Source: a virus
Length of the DNA: 64,000 nucleotides
Direction: 5' to 3' (one strand)
Virus record (IMG/VR): IMGVR_UViG_3300031251_000970
Location: 17,877-81,876 of that record
Of this stretch, positions 8,763-17,306 are shown piece by piece (within the stretch, counting starts at the first letter, position 1; each line of letters starts with the position of its first letter). The notes below the pieces were generated by a model. That model worked only from the letters and a program-made list of their open reading frames with translations. It did not search any database and was not told where the DNA came from. The translations under genes and the position numbers were made by a program.

Positions 8763-8859
8763 CCTTTCTCGGTAGCGGCTGGCTACCTGTTTGCGGTTTC
8801 AACTAAGTGTTTCCCATGCGAGAGCAAACTGTTGCCGGGTTTTGATTTCAGACTCCGCA

Positions 8860-9084
8860 CTATTTCTGCTTCTCAATTTCCACGAGAATCTTTTCCATCT
8901 CTATGTCTTGCGAGATATCCGTCAGCAGTGACTCGATCACCTTCGAGATAAACTCAGAATCAGACATGCCCGGCTGCCATCCCTTTCGATTGAATTGCTT
9001 GATGCATTGTCTCAGAACTCTGCGAGTCCGCTTTCGAAGCTCATCAAGCGGCATGATTCTTTTGCGAAGCGGTGGTACTGACAT
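8860..9084 (-). CDS. hypothetical protein
   Basis: Start re-called at MSVPP after GAGGAG. Confidence 0.6.
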   Translation of the reverse strand: MSVPPLRKRIMPLDELRKRTRRVLRQCIKQFNRKGWQPGMSDSEFISKVIESLLTDISQDIEMEKILVEIEKQK

Positions 9085-9085
9085 T

Positions 9086-9520
9086 TCACGACTCCTCTTC
9101 CGAACCGGCCGCAATTTGTTCCACGATTTCATCGACGTTGATTACCGGCTTCATTTGCATCTTCCGTCTTGCCTTCGCGGCTGATTGCTGTCGATCGCGA
9201 ATATAGGCCGGATGTTCGACGAAATTCTTTTGCGGAACGAATGACATCTTCAAAATCTGCCGTCTCGGGATCGGCAACGATTGATGCAGGAATAGCCATT
9301 TGTTCCAGTCCAATCCGCGATGTGCGAATTCGACATGAGAGACCTGCGGAATATCGTGATCGTGATCTTTCCATACGATGCGGAAATGGAACGGACCTTT
9401 CCCGATTGTTTTGGCCGTATGCTCTTCAATCGCGTCGAGTCGCTTTTGAATTTCGGCATTGAGAGTGAATTCGCCCGCTGTATGTCTTGCGAGTCTTGAT
9501 TGCTGTCGTCGAAAACCCAT
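9086..9520 (-). CDS. hypothetical protein
   Basis: 144-aa ORF with AAGGA RBS. Confidence 0.6.
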   Translation of the reverse strand: MGFRRQQSRLARHTAGEFTLNAEIQKRLDAIEEHTAKTIGKGPFHFRIVWKDHDHDIPQVSHVEFAHRGLDWNKWLFLHQSLPIPRRQILKMSFVPQKNFVEHPAYIRDRQQSAAKARRKMQMKPVINVDEIVEQIAAGSEEES

Positions 9521-9522
9521 TG

Positions 9523-9693
9523 TTAATCCTTTTCAGTTAGTTGCCGCACATGCCCGTGCATTTCATCTTGCCATAACAGTTTTTGACCGTTGTCGACATC
9601 ATAAGTCGCGAGTTTGACTATTATGGCGACTATTACCGCGAGCAGACATATCCAAAACGATACCGTCAGGAACACATCCAGCCAATTCTTCAT
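9523..9693 (-). CDS. 56-aa single-pass membrane protein (MKNWLDVFLTVSFWICLLAVIVAIIVKLA...)
   Basis: Not in the ORF track; GAGGTG RBS, fills the gap exactly, one TM helix. Confidence 0.6.
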   Translation of the reverse strand: MKNWLDVFLTVSFWICLLAVIVAIIVKLATYDVDNGQKLLWQDEMHGHVRQLTEKD

Positions 9694-9698
9694 TGCAT

Positions 9699-10436
9699 TC
9701 ACCTCTGATTGAGAAATGTTTTGGCCGTATGAATCACATCTCGATCAGCATCTTCCATGCTGCGGAGAATCCATTGAAGATAATCCTTCGGAACTTCGCT
9801 CCACTTTCGGCCCTTGTGTTTTCCAAATCGTACGGTCGTCAACAGCATCGGTTCATTGACCCAGTGGATTAATTTTCGGATGTCGATTGTATCGGGCTCC
9901 CTAGATCGGCTGATGACCTCGTTCAACTCATGAATCAATAAAGTCGCCGTGACGATCGCATCTGGCAAAGCCCGATGAATTGGAGCATTCCTTTCGATCG
10001 GCGGGTTCAGTTTCAACTGATAGCGAAGAAACTGATTCGAGTGACTTTCGAAGTCCGGCCAGAGTTTTTGAGCGAGCCGCATCGTGCAGAGTGCCGGATA
10101 TTTCGGATTCAAAAACGCACCGTCTAATTCCGCATTATGAAACACGTTCACGATCGGTCCATATGAACCGGTTTCCAGATAGGATGATTCGAACTGCGGA
10201 CGATCGGCGACATCCTCATCGACGATATGGTGAATCGCGGAAGCAGATGCCGGAATCGGCATTCCCGGATTGAACAACCACGATCGGCTATTTTGGATTC
10301 CGTCCAGAGTGCAGGTCACGATTGCCAGTTCGACGATCTTGTCCTTCTCGGGCTCCAATCCGGTTGTTTCGACGTCACATACCTCGAAGGATACCCCTCG
10401 AATATTGAACAATGATGAAAATTCCGCTTGACTCAT
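9699..10436 (-). CDS. exoX: exodeoxyribonuclease X-like DEDDh 3'-5' exonuclease
   Basis: DVETTG, HNAELD, HRALPDA, C-terminal FGKHKG..W..VP..YL.W. Confidence 0.9.
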   Translation of the reverse strand: MSQAEFSSLFNIRGVSFEVCDVETTGLEPEKDKIVELAIVTCTLDGIQNSRSWLFNPGMPIPASASAIHHIVDEDVADRPQFESSYLETGSYGPIVNVFHNAELDGAFLNPKYPALCTMRLAQKLWPDFESHSNQFLRYQLKLNPPIERNAPIHRALPDAIVTATLLIHELNEVISRSREPDTIDIRKLIHWVNEPMLLTTVRFGKHKGRKWSEVPKDYLQWILRSMEDADRDVIHTAKTFLNQR

Positions 10437-10705
10437 CGCTTCTCCTTTTTCACTTCACCCGCTGGTCGACCCCGCTTGCCGCGTTCCGGAAGTTCGATCT
10501 TCAATTCCTTGATCGCTTCCAAAATCTGGCCATTCAGCCGCAAGGATTCCTCGATCACTCCGCCAATTACGATTCCTCGCGTTTTGTGCAGGTGATCCAA
10601 ACATTTCGCGATTTCATTCGTCAACGTAATCGACAGTTTGACCCATGATCGTTGAGCAGTTTTCGTTTTCTTTTTCATTTTCGCCTTCAATTTCCAGAGA
10701 CTCAA
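10433..10705 (-). CDS. small basic putative DNA-binding protein (RHH-like with AT-hook-like KRGRP)
   Basis: VKLSITL...IEESLR pattern; KRGRP. Confidence 0.5.
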   Translation of the reverse strand: MSLWKLKAKMKKKTKTAQRSWVKLSITLTNEIAKCLDHLHKTRGIVIGGVIEESLRLNGQILEAIKELKIELPERGKRGRPAGEVKKEKR

Positions 10706-10716
10706 TCAGTTGCAAA

Positions 10717-11271
10717 TTACGATTTGTATTTGGGCAACTCCTTCAAAACATGGTCGCAATAGGTCTCGAACACGGTTCCACGCAGCTTGGGGAGCAATAT
10801 CCCCTCAATCCGGCCTTCGATCGTCGGGCTGCCGCAAACCTTCGCCATTGCGGTTTGATTGACATGCAAGCGATTTGGTGCGATTTCACGATCGATGATG
10901 CCGCCTTCCGAGAGCAGTAGGTATTTCTCGTGGCGTTCCAGTTTTGCCATCAGGCTGCAAATCTCCAATGCGGGAGGATTCACATCGTGGCCGTAATTGT
11001 GGCTTGACTTGAAAATCTGCACGAGCGAGCAAAACCATTCGTGCTCCGATGGTCGACCGCGTCCCCAAATGTGATGGATTTCTGTTCGAGTCGCCATCCA
11101 GTTATTTGCCAATTCTTGCTTGCGAATCCAGGCTTTCGCGTCGTCGTCCTTTTTCAGGAAGTCTTCGACCTCGCAAACGTAGGCGGAGATTTGCGAACGA
11201 TATTCCGCACATTCCAGAGCGACTTCGGTCGGTTGTTTCGGCAATCGAGGTTTTGAGGATCGTTTTTTCAT
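10717..11271 (-). CDS. degenerate HNH-like protein
   Basis: TEIHHIWGRG...SLV.I...SHNYGH; start re-called at MKKRSS (ATGA overlap). Confidence 0.55.
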   Translation of the reverse strand: MKKRSSKPRLPKQPTEVALECAEYRSQISAYVCEVEDFLKKDDDAKAWIRKQELANNWMATRTEIHHIWGRGRPSEHEWFCSLVQIFKSSHNYGHDVNPPALEICSLMAKLERHEKYLLLSEGGIIDREIAPNRLHVNQTAMAKVCGSPTIEGRIEGILLPKLRGTVFETYCDHVLKELPKYKS

Positions 11272-11606
11272 TTCGATGACCGTTCCCGAATTTGATCCAT
11301 AATCTCTTGTGCCCGCATCGATCCGGGAGCACATCGGAAAAACTCGTTCCATAACGCATCTTTCGACGGTTTCGCCGCTTGAGTTTCAGCGATTGATTGC
11401 GGAGTTCTGCCTCTCCGCAACCATTGAGCAACCTGCTGAGTTTCGATGCCGATTCGCTCACCGGCCGCAAACGGGTCTTCGCCGGAAGACACACACGCTG
11501 ACCACAACTTATAAGCCGTCACGAACCATTTTCGCCGCAGATGCGGATGCTTTTTCGGAGGAATCTCTCCGAAATCGGCAGGAATCGGAATCAAACCTTC
11601 TAGCAT
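11268..11606 (-). CDS. hypothetical protein, possible HTH
   Basis: AAGERIGIETQQVAQWLRRG resembles an HTH recognition helix. Confidence 0.55.
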   Translation of the reverse strand: MLEGLIPIPADFGEIPPKKHPHLRRKWFVTAYKLWSACVSSGEDPFAAGERIGIETQQVAQWLRRGRTPQSIAETQAAKPSKDALWNEFFRCAPGSMRAQEIMDQIRERSSK

Positions 11607-11908
11607 GATTGTTCCTCTCGATGAGATTTGTTTTCAGCATCAGCGAGCATGTGTTGAGCGAGACGCATTTCATCCACCGGAGTCAATTCTCGCAGAAGTC
11701 CAGCGATCATCTCGACGGCCAGCAAGGAATCGAAACGAATCATCCATTCATCAATCTTCTCGGACGATGGGAATGGAATCACCGCTTCCGAATCGCGTGC
11801 CCATCCGTGACAAATCGGACAGACTTCCATCAGCGGCGATCTACTCGCACAATGCGGACAGGCTCCAAACCACGCTCGCACAATTCCGATGATCTTTCGC
11901 CAAAGCAT
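11600..11908 (-). CDS. hypothetical protein with CxxC...CxxC
   Basis: CPHC/CPIC. Confidence 0.6.
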   Translation of the reverse strand: MLWRKIIGIVRAWFGACPHCASRSPLMEVCPICHGWARDSEAVIPFPSSEKIDEWMIRFDSLLAVEMIAGLLRELTPVDEMRLAQHMLADAENKSHREEQSC

Positions 11909-11917
11909 TTCGTTCCC

Positions 11918-12151
11918 CTATTTAACGAGAGCGATTCCTCGAAACTTTGTCGCACTTCTGAACCATGTCGTCCTGCCGGTCCGCAGATTCGTCACCTGAT
12001 ATTTCGTTTGAGCCTTGATCACTCGGCGAGCATAGGTCGACTCCAGAACTCGCCCATCAATCTCTTCGATCGAATCCACTCGCACCGTCACGATGATTCC
12101 GCTGATCTTGGCGAGATATTCGCCACCGACTTTGATTTCAGATTTCTTCAT
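11918..12151 (-). CDS. hypothetical basic beta-barrel protein
   Basis: 77 aa, GAAAGGGA RBS; first gene after the promoter. Confidence 0.7.
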   Translation of the reverse strand: MKKSEIKVGGEYLAKISGIIVTVRVDSIEEIDGRVLESTYARRVIKAQTKYQVTNLRTGRTTWFRSATKFRGIALVK

Positions 12152-12184
12152 GATCAGTCCCTTTCTATGTTCGTCGCTGCATTA

Positions 12185-12231
12185 AATATACTGAACTTTA
12201 ACTTTACTTGTCAACAATTGTTCTGTATATT
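12185..12231. promoter_or_regulatory. overlapping divergent sigma70 promoters
   Basis: Minus strand: TTGACA(12214-12209)-18-TATATT(12190-12185). Plus strand: TTTACT(12203)-17-TATATT(12226). Confidence 0.65.
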
Positions 12232-12271
12232 TGTTTCGTTCGGAAACTTTTTCTTAATTGGAGTAGATCAA

Positions 12272-12733
12272 ATGTCAACCGTCGAGATCATTCAAAAGCA
12301 TCTGCCTACCTTGGATGAGGCGATAACAAGATTCCTCAAATTGGATCGAAGCATTCTCGACGATAGAGACACACTTCGCCTCGCAGCATTTCTCTCATCC
12401 GATCAACTGAGCAAACTTGATTTTGCGGTGATCGAAGGTGAAATTCATAATCCGCTTGAATGGACGGCGGATAATGTCTCAAAGGAATTGGCGGAAGACG
12501 TCGCGTTTGCTTTCGAGAAAGCACTCAATCGACGGGGAATCTCCGCCTACTTGATGGCTGGTGTTTTAGAAATGTGGCACGCGATTCTTCAACCGCCGTT
12601 CGACTTGCCAAAGTATCGCCATTATGGATTGCCGATTGCGAAGTCGATGGCCGTTTATTTCGAACTCGACAATCAAATCGGCGATAAGAATGGCGACGAG
12701 TTCGAGTTCTCAACTGAAGCGGAGGGAATTTAA
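12272..12733 (+). CDS. hypothetical protein (153 aa)
   Basis: GGAG RBS before ATG 12272; the 5' extension to 11609 overlaps real minus-strand genes. Confidence 0.7.
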   Translation: MSTVEIIQKHLPTLDEAITRFLKLDRSILDDRDTLRLAAFLSSDQLSKLDFAVIEGEIHNPLEWTADNVSKELAEDVAFAFEKALNRRGISAYLMAGVLEMWHAILQPPFDLPKYRHYGLPIAKSMAVYFELDNQIGDKNGDEFEFSTEAEGI

Positions 12734-13050
12734 TGCGACTTTCAGCGATGACGACCACAGAGAGAGATCGATTGACGCCGCATGTCATGAAGCGATGGGA
12801 TGATCTGATCGCTTTATTTCAGAGTTTTGGCATTACATCGAGCACGATTATCGGCAGCGATACGGATCGACAAATTGTCGTTTGGTTAATGGAGGACAAG
12901 GACATCATCGTCGACGACAGCAGGACCGTAATCAGCGAGGAAACTCTCTCTCGACGGGCGGAAGCCTACGATCTCGATGTCGAAATTCTGCGTCAATGGT
13001 ATATCAATTGGCACATTCTGAAACTGCCACCAAAAAACGCATCACAATAG
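12733..13050 (+). CDS. hypothetical protein
   Basis: TAATG coupling and GGAGG RBS. Confidence 0.7.
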   Translation: MRLSAMTTTERDRLTPHVMKRWDDLIALFQSFGITSSTIIGSDTDRQIVVWLMEDKDIIVDDSRTVISEETLSRRAEAYDLDVEILRQWYINWHILKLPPKNASQ

Positions 13051-14148
13051 TCCGCGTCGATTCAGTTCGTCGGTCAGATTCGAATAGGCTTTATCCGTCG
13101 GAAGCCGCTCGGATGCGAATGTTCTCGCATTCGCTTCGAATTGCTTTCGTCGCTTTCCATCCTGCAAAACGCTTACGACAGCCATCGCGAACTCATCCGG
13201 ACTATCCGTTATGATCGCACAATATCCGCTCGTTTCCTCAAATCCATCGATTCCATGAGTATTCGCAACTACGGCTTTCCCGTGCGAGAGAGCCGCGATG
13301 AACTTGAGTTTCGAACCACCGCCGTGAAATGTCGGAACGATGCAGACCCGAGTTTCCGCATATTCTTGCGTCAAATCTTCGACTCGGCCAAGCAGCTTGA
13401 CTCCCTGATATTGACCGACGTTGATTCCGTTGCAGACGTTCCCGGCAATATGCAGAGTCGCTCCGATCGAATATCGTCGAATCGTGGACCAGCAGTTTTC
13501 CAGGAACCTTTCAATCGCGATGCAGTTCTCGCGGACGCCTGACGCAACGTAGAAGATTCGGCCAGGATGCTGAAGCGATTCGTCCGTGAAGTTCAGTTCC
13601 GATGAGAGATTGACCCGCACGACGGAGGTTCCGTTTGTCATCCGCAGACATTCGAGTCGGTCTTGTTCCTGAATCGTGACGATCAAATCGGCTTTTTGCA
13701 GACATTCCGATTCTTCGGCTTCTGTCCATTGATGATGATGGTGATGGAATCCGTGCTTTTCGAAATCGGCGAGAACTCGTATTCGTAAATCCGGAACGAG
13801 GATTATTTTCCACGATCGCCAGTCGAGATAATCATGAACCGCAGCGATCCATGAATAATTCGCGACGACGATTTCAGGATTGATTCGCTCGAAAACCCAT
13901 TGAGTTATTCTGCATTCCCCTTCAGTCGCCGGAGAATCATAATGAGGCGGCTGCTGATTTCCGATGACCACCTTGGCGATGGATTCCAATTCGGGCGAGA
14001 TTGGCCGCGACATTCCCAAAAACAGATAGGTGATCTCGAATCCGACCGACTTCAGATACCGGCAGAAGTCCAGAATCATCGTATCGATGCCGCTTGATCC
14101 GGGCTCCGCGAGATTTCTCGCCACAAATAATGCCTGATTGATGATCAT
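13042..14148 (-). CDS. GT-B fold glycosyltransferase (GT4-like)
   Basis: LHIAG...LLGRVEDL...CIVP...GGGSKLKFIAALSHGKAVV. Confidence 0.85.
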   Translation of the reverse strand: MIINQALFVARNLAEPGSSGIDTMILDFCRYLKSVGFEITYLFLGMSRPISPELESIAKVVIGNQQPPHYDSPATEGECRITQWVFERINPEIVVANYSWIAAVHDYLDWRSWKIILVPDLRIRVLADFEKHGFHHHHHQWTEAEESECLQKADLIVTIQEQDRLECLRMTNGTSVVRVNLSSELNFTDESLQHPGRIFYVASGVRENCIAIERFLENCWSTIRRYSIGATLHIAGNVCNGINVGQYQGVKLLGRVEDLTQEYAETRVCIVPTFHGGGSKLKFIAALSHGKAVVANTHGIDGFEETSGYCAIITDSPDEFAMAVVSVLQDGKRRKQFEANARTFASERLPTDKAYSNLTDELNRRGLL

Positions 14149-14834
14149 TCCTTTCGCAAAATGAGATGGAATCCCTTGTGCGGTTCCTCCGCTACATCGA
14201 CATCAGAACCGCGACCGTTTCCGCGAACGAAATCGGTATGTCGAAACTGATGAGAAGCGACTTCGATCAATCCATTTTCGCAAAATCGATCGATCCACCA
14301 TTGCTTACTTCTTACGGTTTGATGGTAGATGATCTCGGGAGTGTCGGATTGATTTTCCATGCTGACCGATGCGACGAAAAGCCCGTTATTCGCCAAATGA
14401 GACTTGATGTTCTCGATCAATCCAAACAGGTCTGATTCGGCGATATGCTCCAGAACTTCCCACGCCGTTATGATCTTGAATTTCCGCTGGTTCGATAATT
14501 CGTCGACAATTTGAAATGGTTTCGTGATGTCGGCCGTGAAAAGATGATCCGCGAATTGTCCGCCCCATTCGGCTCGCTTCGTTTTTTGATTGATATCACT
14601 TCCTTCGACGCCGATCGAGTCGATTCCGGTTTGACACATCAATGCGACCATTCCGCCGCCAGCACATCCCAAATCGAGCATTCGTGGACGCGGAAAATGG
14701 CGAAGACACGCATCGACGAACAATGGATTGACCGAATTATCGTTGATCGTTCCGCGAGGGAATCGATGATCGATACTGTTGACCGCGACCGGATGCTTTG
14801 TGCGGATGAAAGACTTTTGAAGCATTTGACTCAT
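14145..14834 (-). CDS. class I SAM-dependent methyltransferase
   Basis: MLDLGCAGG, GVEGSD, ADITKP, AWEVLEHI; ATGA-coupled at both ends. Confidence 0.9.
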   Translation of the reverse strand: MSQMLQKSFIRTKHPVAVNSIDHRFPRGTINDNSVNPLFVDACLRHFPRPRMLDLGCAGGGMVALMCQTGIDSIGVEGSDINQKTKRAEWGGQFADHLFTADITKPFQIVDELSNQRKFKIITAWEVLEHIAESDLFGLIENIKSHLANNGLFVASVSMENQSDTPEIIYHQTVRSKQWWIDRFCENGLIEVASHQFRHTDFVRGNGRGSDVDVAEEPHKGFHLILRKE

Positions 14835-16516
14835 TCCGTGATTACGGGTTCCCATTCAATTTTCCGGCCACGAGCAACCCATGCTCGATAATTGGATTCG
14901 TCATTGATTCCGCGTTGCTTTCCGAGTTCGGCGGTTTCGTCCCAGTGAGCGAGTCCCATAGTGGCTTGGCGGTGGAGTATTTTCGACTTGAAACATTGAT
15001 GAGCACACGAGTTTTTGACAGCCAAATCGAACGTCGCCACATCATTAAACCATCGCTTGAAGAGATTGATACACAAAACTCCTCCAAGAACGTTTAGGCA
15101 AAATGGTCTCGTGACGATCGTTCTCGTAAATATCTGACCGCCGATGACTCTTAAATCCGGATCGTAAAGCCCGAAACAGGCGACGTCGGGATTTCCGATT
15201 TCCGCATGTTTCTCCAAAACCTTGTCGAACCAGTCGGCATGATCGTAAACCAAATCATCATCGGCGATTTTCAGCCAGAATCCTTTCGAATGCATCAATC
15301 CGACATTCCAGCAAGTGATCGGATCGGCATCATGGAAGACGACCTGCAATCCTGGATACGACTCCTGATCCTTTGCCATTTCCACCAGAATCGATGCAGC
15401 GTCTTCCGGATGGCTGATGCAGATGAATTCTCGATCGTGACCGCGAGTCGTCTCGTAGAAGCCCTTAATCGATTCCGCTGCTTGTGCCGAACGTCCACGA
15501 GTCGGCATGATTCCCGAAAGAATCGGCCGATTTGTTGTTTTGACATCTCGTCGCGAAAGCACATCTTGCCGGGTTTTCTTCAGCCATTTTTCATTGTGCG
15601 ACAATGGGCGAAGCTCGCATCCCTCGCAAATGAGTTGCGTTTGATCGCTGGAATGCTTCCACGGCGTGGCGAAACCGACTGGATTCTGCGGTTCCTTGCA
15701 CTCGAATATCGGGGTTTTCATGTCCAAAACATCGACAATCGAGCCGCGATAAACGCATGGCAATTGCTGCATCACCTTCGCTGTTCTGTCGAGCGGGACT
15801 TGTTCGCCGAAATCCCACCATTCCTCCGGCTTTAGAACTTGTTCTTCGCTGCCAGCACGTCTTGAAACGTCTGAAGCCCCCCCCCGTTGACCGATCAGCC
15901 ATCGCGTCGGAGCGTATGCATTAAAATCCGCGATCCAATGAGCGATCATCACGTCACAGTCACCGTGCTGCCATTGATGCCAGAATTTGTAGAGTTCTGT
16001 CATTCCTCGACCGAATGCCGCATAGGCATGACAACGATCAATTTGCGTGAGTTTGACCACATGCGGATTGATCGGAATCGGAGGTTGCATATGGTTTCCG
16101 CCAAGCCATACAAATTCGCGATCCGGCGGAAGAAATCGAAAGAACTCTTCGGCTGCTTCGGTGAAATCCGGTCTTAGAATCGCATCGTCTTCGAGTATCA
16201 ACACCGATTCGCAACCGTCATTTAACGCATCCTCCAATGCTCGCCGATGACTCTGCAAACAACCCCACACCCCGGCCGTTCGAACGAATCTCACGTTCAC
16301 GGAAACATTCATGCCGTTGTGTTCCGGCAATTGAATCTGATGTTCATCCGGAGGAGGGCATCTCTGACCGTCGATTGCTTTCATGAAGATCGGCGATTTG
16401 AAGGGCCAATTCAGCAATTCCGCTTCGATCGCTTCCCGTCGGTCGGTTCTGCGTTCGAGATTGATGACTACGACTCGATCGAAAATGTCAAACAGATTCA
16501 ATTTTCGCCCTTTCAA
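14831..16516 (-). CDS. glycosyltransferase fusion: GT25-like + Cys-rich linker + GT2-like
   Basis: VINLERRTDRR, GCLQSH, LILEDDA; then GIMPTRGR...ADDD; start is TTG at 16516 or 16501. Confidence 0.85.
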   Translation of the reverse strand: MKGRKLNLFDIFDRVVVINLERRTDRREAIEAELLNWPFKSPIFMKAIDGQRCPPPDEHQIQLPEHNGMNVSVNVRFVRTAGVWGCLQSHRRALEDALNDGCESVLILEDDAILRPDFTEAAEEFFRFLPPDREFVWLGGNHMQPPIPINPHVVKLTQIDRCHAYAAFGRGMTELYKFWHQWQHGDCDVMIAHWIADFNAYAPTRWLIGQRGGASDVSRRAGSEEQVLKPEEWWDFGEQVPLDRTAKVMQQLPCVYRGSIVDVLDMKTPIFECKEPQNPVGFATPWKHSSDQTQLICEGCELRPLSHNEKWLKKTRQDVLSRRDVKTTNRPILSGIMPTRGRSAQAAESIKGFYETTRGHDREFICISHPEDAASILVEMAKDQESYPGLQVVFHDADPITCWNVGLMHSKGFWLKIADDDLVYDHADWFDKVLEKHAEIGNPDVACFGLYDPDLRVIGGQIFTRTIVTRPFCLNVLGGVLCINLFKRWFNDVATFDLAVKNSCAHQCFKSKILHRQATMGLAHWDETAELGKQRGINDESNYRAWVARGRKIEWEPVITE

Positions 16517-16770
16517 ATTCGTTCGAAGATGTGCCAGACGACCACGCCATTTTGAACGGTTCCGCGATAATAGGTTTCGGTTGTATCGAATTCTTGCCCC
16601 GTGCCGATTATCAAAAATTCACGATCGACTTCGATTCGATCAGGATTGCAAATTGCCCACATGCAAATCTGGCCATTTTGCACTTGAACATCGACAATCA
16701 CCGAGTCTCTCGGCATTCGAATTCGCTGTTCCATTCGCACTTCAAGAGGAAACTTCCAAATAACCGACAT
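16513..16770 (-). CDS. conserved small phage protein (IWKFPL...QVQ...MWA...GTG...GTVQ...VWHIFE)
   Basis: Motif pattern widespread in phage hypotheticals; GAAAGGA RBS. Confidence 0.75.
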   Translation of the reverse strand: MSVIWKFPLEVRMEQRIRMPRDSVIVDVQVQNGQICMWAICNPDRIEVDREFLIIGTGQEFDTTETYYRGTVQNGVVVWHIFERI

Positions 16771-16884
16771 GATTGATTCCTTTCCAAAATAAGAAATGCT
16801 GCTTTATCGCCGATGATCATCAGGCGGTCATATATTCGATTTCGTCTATCAGTTGCAGAGATTCCGCACCATCGTATTCTTCGA

Positions 16885-17136
16885 TTACGAACCGCTTTCC
16901 TTTCTCGATCCATACAACATAAAGGCCATGGGAGCCGCCGGTATAAAAATACATCCGCATTTTCTTTCGGCGATTTCTACCGCCTTATCGATATCCTCGT
17001 CGATTACCGCTTGGACAATTTCCGAATCCATCGTCAATAACTCTTGAATGTCATCGTCGGCCCATGTACTCCATCCGGCTCCGAATCCCGCAGAAATGAG
17101 TACGCCGATCTTTCCATCTTTCTCGATTTTTTCCAC
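16885..17136 (-). CDS. hypothetical protein (VLISAGFGAGWSTW motif)
   Basis: TAAGGAG RBS, GTG start; motif common in phage hypotheticals. Confidence 0.7.
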   Translation of the reverse strand: MEKIEKDGKIGVLISAGFGAGWSTWADDDIQELLTMDSEIVQAVIDEDIDKAVEIAERKCGCIFIPAAPMAFMLYGSRKESGS

Positions 17137-17190
17137 TTAACCACTCCTTATTTTCAATGAGTTCTCTGTCGACCGTGCTTCGCGATATTA

Positions 17191-17219
17191 TTGTTACTGA
17201 ATATTTGATTCAATTGCAA
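17191..17219 (-). promoter_or_regulatory. putative sigma70 promoter
   Basis: TTGCAA-17-TAACAA in an AT-rich gap. Confidence 0.4.
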
Positions 17220-17228
17220 GAGCACAAA

Positions 17229-17263
17229 CGAACAAACCTCGACTGATCAAACAATCGAGGCTT
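17229..17263 (-). terminator. putative intrinsic terminator after the GT25 gene
   Basis: Stem AGCCTCGATTG/CAGTCGAGGTT followed by TGTTCGTTTG. Confidence 0.5.
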
Positions 17264-17306
17264 ATCCGCGTCAAGTTGTCACCGAGACATCGGCATCGTA
17301 TCTCGG

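Noticed and set aside
11609-12271. 5' extension making the plus-strand ORF 374 aa
   Set aside because: Overlaps two minus-strand genes and the promoter region; the RBS supports ATG 12272
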